64,000 nucleotides of DNA, taken from Acetivibrionales bacterium (GTDB lineage Bacteria > Bacillota > Clostridia > Acetivibrionales > JBMNNH01). Shown piece by piece: positions 57,901-64,000 of this stretch. Below the pieces are notes generated by a model. The model saw nothing but the letters and a program-made list of their open reading frames with translations. It was not told the origin of the DNA and searched no databases. How positions within the stretch are numbered: the stretch's first letter is position 1; every line of letters begins with the position of its first letter. The position numbers were made by a program, and so were the translations under genes. The stretch spans positions 25,502-89,501 of the forward strand of contig JBMNNH010000022.1 of NCBI GenBank assembly GCA_050953835.1, written 5' to 3'.

Positions 57901-60900
57901 AATGATAATATTTTAGAATTGGGGGGCGATTCACTCACTATAATCTCTATAGCCTCTTTGATTTATAAGGAGTTTAGTATAGAGATTTCAATAGAGGATA
58001 TTTACAGAAGGCCTACAATAAATGCATTAGGAAGTTTTATTGAAAAAGCAAAGAGGAATGAGTTTTTACCAATTACTGTTATAGAGAGGAAAAAGTATTA
58101 CCAATTATCATCTGCACAAAAAAGACTATATATACTTTCACAGCTCGAGAATAACAATACTGTAAACAATATCCCATGGGTCATGGCAGTGGATGGAAGT
58201 ATTGATGTCAATAAACTGGAAAGTGTGCTTAAGCGGTTGATAGCTAGGCATGAATCATTAAGAACGGGGTTTACAATATTTAATGGGACTCCTGTACAGG
58301 AAGTTTTTGATATAACAGACTTCAAAGTTGAATATTATAGAGCAAAAGAAGAGGAAATAGAGGGTATTGTTGAAAAATTCATAAGACCATTTGATTTGGG
58401 CACACCTCCTCTGCTAAGAGCTGGCCTTATTGAAATATCAAAAAAGAGATATATACTTATGCTTGACATGCATCACATAATCTCTGATGGTGCTTCGCTT
58501 AATATTCTGTTAAAGGAATTAGTGGATATTTATAATGGAAAGGAACTGCCTGATCTCAAAGTGCAGTACAAGGATTATTCAGAATGGCAGAGACAACTTA
58601 TTAAAACTGAAACAGTTAGAAAACAGAAAGACTATTGGCTAAAAGTGTTTTCTGATGAAATACCGGTTTTAAACCTGCCTTACGACTATCAAAGGCCTCC
58701 TATACAGGACTTTGTTGGAGATAGGGTGAGCTTCAGGGCAAATAAGGAGCTTACAGCTAAACTAAAGAAGTTATCGTTGAGTACAGGTACCACATTGTAT
58801 ATGTTGCTTCTGGCAGCATATAATATTCTATTGGCTAAGTATTCCGGACAGGAAGATATAATAATTGGTTCGCCTGTTGCTGGCAGAAACTATTTTGATT
58901 TGGAGGGTATGGTTGGGGTATTCATAAATACAGTTGCAATGAGAAATAAGCCTGTTGGCCGGAAGACATTTACTGAGTTTTTAAGTGAAGTTAAGGAAAA
59001 CTCGATAAAGGCTTTTTCAAATCAGGATTACCCATTTGAAGAATTAGTGGGCAGATTAAAGCTTATTAGAGATTTAAGCCGAAATCCACTTTTTGATACA
59101 ATGTTTATTTTGCAAAGTAGTGGTTTAACAGAGTTAGAAACTTACGATTTTAAACTAAAAGCTTATGAATTTAAACATAATGTATCCCAATTCGATTTGT
59201 TGTTGGGTGCAGTCGAGGAAAAAGATGAAATCCTATTTGTATTTGATTATTGTACCAAACTTTTTAATAGGGATACTGTTGAGAGATTTGCAAACCACTT
59301 CCTCAATATATTAATTAGGGTAACTGAAAACCCTGATTTGAAGCTTTTGAATATCGACCTTCTTTCTGAAGAAGAAAGATGCCGGTTATTATTTGAGTTT
59401 AACAGAACAAAGACAGGCTTTCCATGTGATAAAACAGTTCACAAGCTATTTGAAGAGCAGGTTGAAAGAACACCGGAAAAAACTGCAATTGTTTTTGAGG
59501 ATAAAGAATTAACTTATAGGGAGTTAAATGAGAAATCCAACCAACTAGCAAGATTATTAAGGGAAAAGGGTGTTAAGTCAAACAGTATCGTTGGAATAAT
59601 GATAAACAGGTCACTTGAAATGATAATAGGTATTATGGGGATTATTAAGTCAGGAGGCTCTTACCTGCCTATTGATCCTGATTTTCCTGAAAACAGGATC
59701 AAATATGTATTAAATGACAGCAATGTAGATATTGTCATTACTAATAGCTCCCTTAAACCAAAAGTTTACACAGATAGTAACGTTATTCTAATCGATGAAA
59801 TTAAGAATTCTGATTTTAGTACAAAAAACCTTGAGAATATAAATAAGCCGGAAGATTTGATTTATGTAATATACACTTCAGGCTCAACCGGAAACCCTAA
59901 AGGGGTAATGCTTACTCACAGGTCCGTAATAAACTTTATTAAAGGAGTTACAGACAAAATTGGTTTTTCATCTAATAAGACAATAATATCTCTGACTACT
60001 ATTTCTTTTGATATATTTGTGCTTGAAACACTGCTTCCATTAGTAAAAGGTTTAAAGTGTGTGATAGCAAATGAGGATCAGCAGAAACAACCAAAGCTTT
60101 TAAGCGAAGCTATTATTAGGAATAAAGTTGATATGCTTCAGATAACTCCTTCCAGGCTTCAGTTACTTATTGAGTATGAAGATTTTTTTAATTGTTTAAA
60201 GCTTTTATCTGAGATTATGGTTGGAGGCGAAGCTTTTCCCCAGCAGCTTCTTGATAAACTAAAAAAATTAACAAAAGCCCGTGTATATAATATGTATGGA
60301 CCAACAGAAACTACAGTATGGTCAACAATTAAAGACTTAACAGTTTGCGAAAAAGTAAATATCGGAAGTGGGATAGCAAATACTCAGCTATATATATTAA
60401 ATGCAGACTTGAACCCTGTACCTATAGGCGTTCCAGGAGATTTATACATTGGTGGAGAAGGCCTTGCAACAGGGTATTTAAATAACCCTGAGCTAACAGA
60501 TGAAAGATTTATTCCCAATCCTTTTATTGAGAATGAAAGAATTTATAAAACAGGGGATATTGCAAGGTGGCTTAATAATGGAGATATTGAATGTTTAGGT
60601 AGAATTGATCATCAGGTAAAAATTATGGGACATAGGATAGAGCTGGAAGAGATTGAAAACAAACTCCTTGAAATTGAATGTGTAAAAGAGGCAGTAGTAA
60701 CTGTGAGAAGAAGCAAAAAGAGCACTCCGTACTTATGTGCATATATTGTGTTAAGCCCTAATAGAGAAATATCCGCAAAAGAGCTGAGGGATTATTTATT
60801 AAAAAACCTTCCTGTATATATGGTGCCAACTAGTTATTCTTTCATTAATAATATTCCTCAAACGCCTAATGGTAAGATTGACAGAAAGTTCTTATCCGAA

Positions 60901-62394
60901 TTTGAAGTAGAAATGATAAATGAAACTTGTATTTTAAAACCAGCAAATGAAGTTGAAGATAAACTTTTAAAAATATGTTCAGAGGTATTAAACATTGGAG
61001 AGATAGGTGTAAATAGCAACTTATTTGAGCTTGGTGCGGACTCATTATCAATCATTATGATACAGATAAAAACATTTCAATACAATTGGGGTTTGACAAC
61101 GCAGGATTTTTACAGATACCAGACTATAAGGGAGCTTTCAGAAATGATTATTGAGAAGATGGAAGAAAGTAATGATTCCAGAATAGATGCTGTTGATAAT
61201 GCTACAGATGATTTTCAAAAGACGGTGGATGATACAAGCGTTGTTAACAATAAAGAGAGCCCCATTGGTAGTGTACTTCTGACAGGGGCAACAGGTTTTC
61301 TTGGCATCCATATTTTGTGCGACCTTTTATCTTATACGGACTTAAATATTTACTGCCTTATGCGCGATGAGTATAAAGAGGTATCAGAAGAACGCCTTAA
61401 AGGTATGCTTAATTATTATTTTAATGGGAAATACAAAGAATTAATAAATGAAAGGGTATTTATTGTTAACGGTGATATTACACAGGAAAGGTTTGGCTTG
61501 CAAAACAATAAATATGAAGCGCTCGGACAAACTGTAGACATAGTAATTCACGCAGCAGCAAAAGTTGACCATTTTGGCGTGTACTCGGATTATGAAAGAG
61601 TGAACGTTCTAGGAACCGGCAATGTCATAGATTTTTCTCTTAAATATAATAAGCTGTTGTATCATATATCAACTATGAGCGTTTCGGGTACTTATATTGT
61701 AGATAAAGAAAAGGTTAAGACAATTTTTACAGAAAAGGATTTTTATATTGGACAGAATTACAAAGATAATGTGTATGTGAGGAGTAAATTTGAAGCTGAA
61801 AGACTAATTTTTAATGCAGTAAAGTCCGGATTGAAAGCTGTAATTTTAAGGGTTGGGAATTTGACTGGAAGGTATTCAGATGGCCTTTTTCAGATTAATA
61901 TGGATAAAAATGCTTTTTATAATAGGATTAGGTCAATAATAGAATTGAGAGCTTTGCCAAATGAAATTCTGGAACATTCCGTAGAGTTTACACCTGTGGA
62001 CTGCTGCAGCAGTGCAATCGTGAAAACAATTATGTGCAATAGACCAGTCCCACGTGTACTACATTTATTTAACAATAATTGTATCAGCTTGACAGATTTT
62101 ATTAATATACTTACTTCTTTGGGAATCTGTATTGAAACAATGGATAGCCGCTCTTATGCTGACTACGTAGAAGGAATTTCCAAGGATAAAAGCAAGCAAA
62201 AGGCTTTAATGGGTATAATTCAGGATTTTAACGGAGGAAGAGAGCTTGAATATAGTTCTTCTATAGTGACAGACTCACATATCACAAGAGAGTTTTTGAG
62301 GAAACTCGGTTTTCATTGGCCCCATATAGGTACTAAATATATTCATGATATAGTTGATAGTATAACAAAAAAATATTTGATTATGAATAATTAG
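54952..62394 (+). CDS. bimodular non-ribosomal peptide synthetase, C(starter)-A-T-C-A-T-R(thioester reductase)
   Basis: 2480-aa ORF. GTG 54952 is the first canonical start after the in-frame stop at 54919. The motifs are listed in the domain features below. Confidence 0.93.
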   Translation: MNNERAYYPLTYPQKGIWYTEKMYPGTSICNIAGTVKIFGKVDCVLLEKAINILIERNDSLRIRITIHDDEPAQYISPYEYKHIDFFDFSNDGLNSMYKWEEKETPKPFQIIESDLFYFAILKINNTDYRFYIKTHHLVSDAWTMNSIVNQVMDNYTKLVEGKSISSEKKPSYIEYINRENDYKSSKKFIKDKIFWDKVFEDMPEISTLKTQDENLKSTAAERKPFIIPGNLAARINDFCLSNKISIFTFFLSFLAVYIHRITFKDDIVIGTPVLNRSNYREKDMLGMFISTIPIRIQIDSTMDITSFIKKLSKEWFVFLKHHEYPYELLIKDIRSKHKGVKNLYDVILSYQNAKLIKEGCIHSFEGRWHFSGYQKDSLYIHINDREADGNLIMDYDFVTQYFTSEDIENIHKRLLVILQDAMENPQKKIYELEIMDAEEKKNVLYKFNNSEADYPKGKTINRLFEEQVERTPDSIAVIFEDKRLTYRELNSKANKLARELRRMGVGPESIVAVMLRRSLEMVIGIIGVLKAGGAYLPLDPDYPEERLSFMMDDSNVEVLLTHSDIKKDFAFKGKRILINQQDTSMISDSNLPDVNDANHLIYVIYTSGSTGKPKGVMLEHRSVANFIKGVKDKIDFSPGKTILSATTICFDIFVLETLLPLTSGLKVVIANENEQKIPRMLSKAILRNNVTMFQTTPSLMQLLLNDADGSSCLKNLSELMIGGEAFPQKMLERLKEITEAKIYNMYGPTETTVWSTIKDLTKSCKISIGTPIANTQIYILDKCLNPVPIGIIGDMYIGGDGLARGYLNRLELTRDRFIENPFISGKKVYKTGDVARWLPEGEIECLGRSDNQVKIRGLRIELEEIENHILKHPSVKEAVVIDREDSKGTKYLCAYVVLNSEVELSEIRNYLTGKLPIYMVPSYFIVIDKIPLTQNGKVNRKVLPEPSVDCYRIDDYVPPSNPIEVKLCDMWSEILNIDRIGINDNILELGGDSLTIISIASLIYKEFSIEISIEDIYRRPTINALGSFIEKAKRNEFLPITVIERKKYYQLSSAQKRLYILSQLENNNTVNNIPWVMAVDGSIDVNKLESVLKRLIARHESLRTGFTIFNGTPVQEVFDITDFKVEYYRAKEEEIEGIVEKFIRPFDLGTPPLLRAGLIEISKKRYILMLDMHHIISDGASLNILLKELVDIYNGKELPDLKVQYKDYSEWQRQLIKTETVRKQKDYWLKVFSDEIPVLNLPYDYQRPPIQDFVGDRVSFRANKELTAKLKKLSLSTGTTLYMLLLAAYNILLAKYSGQEDIIIGSPVAGRNYFDLEGMVGVFINTVAMRNKPVGRKTFTEFLSEVKENSIKAFSNQDYPFEELVGRLKLIRDLSRNPLFDTMFILQSSGLTELETYDFKLKAYEFKHNVSQFDLLLGAVEEKDEILFVFDYCTKLFNRDTVERFANHFLNILIRVTENPDLKLLNIDLLSEEERCRLLFEFNRTKTGFPCDKTVHKLFEEQVERTPEKTAIVFEDKELTYRELNEKSNQLARLLREKGVKSNSIVGIMINRSLEMIIGIMGIIKSGGSYLPIDPDFPENRIKYVLNDSNVDIVITNSSLKPKVYTDSNVILIDEIKNSDFSTKNLENINKPEDLIYVIYTSGSTGNPKGVMLTHRSVINFIKGVTDKIGFSSNKTIISLTTISFDIFVLETLLPLVKGLKCVIANEDQQKQPKLLSEAIIRNKVDMLQITPSRLQLLIEYEDFFNCLKLLSEIMVGGEAFPQQLLDKLKKLTKARVYNMYGPTETTVWSTIKDLTVCEKVNIGSGIANTQLYILNADLNPVPIGVPGDLYIGGEGLATGYLNNPELTDERFIPNPFIENERIYKTGDIARWLNNGDIECLGRIDHQVKIMGHRIELEEIENKLLEIECVKEAVVTVRRSKKSTPYLCAYIVLSPNREISAKELRDYLLKNLPVYMVPTSYSFINNIPQTPNGKIDRKFLSEFEVEMINETCILKPANEVEDKLLKICSEVLNIGEIGVNSNLFELGADSLSIIMIQIKTFQYNWGLTTQDFYRYQTIRELSEMIIEKMEESNDSRIDAVDNATDDFQKTVDDTSVVNNKESPIGSVLLTGATGFLGIHILCDLLSYTDLNIYCLMRDEYKEVSEERLKGMLNYYFNGKYKELINERVFIVNGDITQERFGLQNNKYEALGQTVDIVIHAAAKVDHFGVYSDYERVNVLGTGNVIDFSLKYNKLLYHISTMSVSGTYIVDKEKVKTIFTEKDFYIGQNYKDNVYVRSKFEAERLIFNAVKSGLKAVILRVGNLTGRYSDGLFQINMDKNAFYNRIRSIIELRALPNEILEHSVEFTPVDCCSSAIVKTIMCNRPVPRVLHLFNNNCISLTDFINILTSLGICIETMDSRSYADYVEGISKDKSKQKALMGIIQDFNGGRELEYSSSIVTDSHITREFLRKLGFHWPHIGTKYIHDIVDSITKKYLIMNN
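54967..56250 (+). other. NRPS condensation domain 1, starter (lipo-initiation)-like
   Basis: YYPLTYPQKGIWYTEKMYPGTSICNIAG resembles the SrfAA N-terminal starter C domain (YPLTDAQKRIWYTEKFYPHTSISNLAG as I recall it). The catalytic motif is HHLVSDA at 55357-55377. Confidence 0.65.
56329..57786 (+). other. NRPS adenylation domain 1
   Basis: LTYRELN (56404), YTSGSTGKPKG (56767), YNMYGPTETT, YKTGDVARW, and NGKVNRK with the Lys at 57763. Confidence 0.9.
57835..58040 (+). other. NRPS carrier (T/PCP) domain 1
   Basis: LELGGDSL, with the phosphopantetheine Ser codon at 57931-57933. Confidence 0.85.
58096..59360 (+). other. NRPS condensation domain 2
   Basis: YYQLSSAQKRLYIL start and canonical HHIISDG at 58471-58491. 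Confidence 0.88.
59434..60897 (+). other. NRPS adenylation domain 2
   Basis: LTYRELN (59509), YTSGSTGNPKG (59872), YNMYGPTETT, YKTGDIARW, and NGKIDRK with the Lys at 60874. Confidence 0.9.
60943..61146 (+). other. NRPS carrier (T/PCP) domain 2
   Basis: FELGADSL, with the Ser codon at 61042-61044. Confidence 0.85.
61270..62361 (+). other. NRPS terminal thioester reductase (SDR-type R domain)
   Basis: VLLTGATGFLG Rossmann motif (~61276-61300), YVRSK catalytic Tyr/Lys (61774-61788), and about 370 aa after T2. Confidence 0.85.
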
Positions 62395-62419
62395 TGGATG
62401 GAAAGGGGGCATAAAATGT

Positions 62420-64000
62420 ATGGATAGTTTTGACATAGTGTTTATTCTACTTCATCTATCCACTTTATTAGTATTTTTCTTATTTATACAAATCTTAAGA
62501 AAGGCGAATAAATCACAAATTCATTATGCATTCTTAAGCTTTATGGGCTTGTTGCTTATTTGGTGTATTGGAGTGATAGTTGAAACTTATTTAAGAGATA
62601 CAAACATTCATTTGGTTTTTTTCTTTGATAAAATAGCATATATTGGTATTTGCTTTATTCCCATACCTATGTTATTTGTAGGATTAATATTTGCCCATAC
62701 GAGAATTAACTTTACATGGAAATACTTGCTATTACTGGTTGTGCCTGTTATATCTACAATTGTACTTTGGACTAATGACTTTCATCATTTGTTTTATAAG
62801 GAATTCTCCATGATAAGCAGTCAGATTGTTTATGGTGAGTATTTTATTGTCCATACTTTATACTCATATACTTGTATTATAGTGGGGTTATATCATCTTA
62901 TTTATTTTTCTATAAAAAACTCCGGCTTCTTTTCAAAGCAAGCAATTTTGATTATTTTAGCAACTCTGGTTCCTCTTATTATAAATATATTGTTTACACT
63001 AAATGTGTTACAGCTGTCTTTACATGCTACACCGGTAGCATTTTCTTTTATGATTATTTGTTATTTGTTTGCAATTTTAAAATATCAATTTCTTAGTGTT
63101 GCGCCTGTTGCTCTCCAGAAAGTTGTTGACTTGATTTCAGACAGCTTTATTGTTTTAAATGAAGAGCTTAAAATAATTGATTATAATAAAACATGCATTG
63201 ACACTTTCGGTGAAGGATTCAGAATTAAAAGGAATGAGAATATTCTGGATGTGATGAAATCAAGTCCTGTTAATAATATCGCTGTGAGCGATGTTAAACG
63301 TGTCATTTTTCTGGCGAAAAAAAGGAAGAAATCCATCAAATTTGATAAGCAAATCAAATCCATTAGTTGTGATAAATACTTTACAATTGAAATAACTCCG
63401 ATTATATCCGATAATAACTATATAGGAACAATAATACTGTTAAAGGATATTACACAGGTAAGAGAGAATATTGAAACCATAAAAAAGAACCAGGCAATAC
63501 TTGTTGAGCAAGAGAGGCTTGCTTCGCTGGGACAGTTGATAGGAGGTATTGCTCATAACCTGAAAACGCCTATAATGTCTCTTTCAGGAGCTATTGAGGG
63601 TCTTTGGGATTTGGTAAGAGAATATGATGAATCAATAGATGATGATAATGTTACCAGGCAGGACCATCATGAGATTGCTTCAGAAATGGGAAAATGGCTG
63701 GAAAAAATGAAACCATACTGTTCATACATGTCTGATGTAATAACCACTGTAAAAGGACAGGCTGTACAGTTTAATACCGTGTCCGACATAAGTTTTACTT
63801 TGGATGAACTGGTCAAGAGAATAAATATTTTAATGAAGCATGAGTTAATTAAGTACAACTGTATCATGAATACTAATTTCCAAGTAGACCTTGGTACAGA
63901 AATAAAAGGAGAGATAAACAATTTAGTTCAAATATTTGATAATATAATTATTAATGCCATTCATTCATATGAAGGCAAAAATGGAATAATAGACTTTAAT
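62420..64000 (+). CDS. sensor histidine kinase with N-terminal 7TM domain, PAS-like linker and HisKA/HATPase core; 3' end outside window
   Basis: The frame is open from ATG 62420 to the window end, so it is absent from the ORF track. About 7 TM helices (MDSFDIVFILLHLSTLLVFFLF...) are followed by the H-box ERLASLGQLIGGIAHNLKTPI near 63510-63570. GAAAGGGGG lies upstream. Confidence 0.85.
   Translation, partial: MDSFDIVFILLHLSTLLVFFLFIQILRKANKSQIHYAFLSFMGLLLIWCIGVIVETYLRDTNIHLVFFFDKIAYIGICFIPIPMLFVGLIFAHTRINFTWKYLLLLVVPVISTIVLWTNDFHHLFYKEFSMISSQIVYGEYFIVHTLYSYTCIIVGLYHLIYFSIKNSGFFSKQAILIILATLVPLIINILFTLNVLQLSLHATPVAFSFMIICYLFAILKYQFLSVAPVALQKVVDLISDSFIVLNEELKIIDYNKTCIDTFGEGFRIKRNENILDVMKSSPVNNIAVSDVKRVIFLAKKRKKSIKFDKQIKSISCDKYFTIEITPIISDNNYIGTIILLKDITQVRENIETIKKNQAILVEQERLASLGQLIGGIAHNLKTPIMSLSGAIEGLWDLVREYDESIDDDNVTRQDHHEIASEMGKWLEKMKPYCSYMSDVITTVKGQAVQFNTVSDISFTLDELVKRINILMKHELIKYNCIMNTNFQVDLGTEIKGEINNLVQIFDNIIINAIHSYEGKNGIIDFN

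Noticed and set aside
62416-62427. 3-codon mini-frame ATG TAT GGA TAG between the NRPS and kinase genes.
   Set aside because: It is too short to be meaningful. The overlapping ATG at 62420 opens the long kinase frame.

Overview
64-kb chromosomal window from a low-GC, endospore-forming Firmicute, probably Clostridia (spoIVA, a ytvI-like gene, AGGAGG-type SDs, frequent TTG/GTG starts). I call about 55 protein genes, mostly core. They include a folate C1 trio (fhs-fchA-folD), a SorC-regulated acoABC-lpdA type dehydrogenase operon, and the conserved rpsB-tsf-pyrH-frr-uppS-cdsA-dxr-rseP-ispG block. Also present are the gltX-glnS pair (convergent with ispG), cobT with a RACo-like corrinoid activase, spoIVA, a phosphohexomutase, dnaE, mtrB (TRAP), pfkA, pgsA and mutS2. 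I saw no rRNA, tRNA, CRISPR array or IS element. Unusual content: (1) a 7.4-kb single-gene NRPS (starter-C, A, T, C, A, T, reductase) between mutS2 and a 7TM sensor kinase, which is my best candidate for an undescribed system; (2) a 246-aa mini sigma-54-like ORF lacking the core-binding domain and RpoN box, next to a large serine recombinase; (3) glnS with a 1-nt frameshift that cuts off its conserved C-terminus; (4) a ~226-nt imperfect inverted repeat upstream of mutS2 that shares a bipartite motif with the dnaE upstream region; (5) an orphan TRAP gene, a J-domain protein with a cysteine-string tail, and several operator-like palindromes and direct repeats. All calls were made by eye from translations, motifs and remembered family sequences. 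No database search or folding program was run, and domain borders are approximate.
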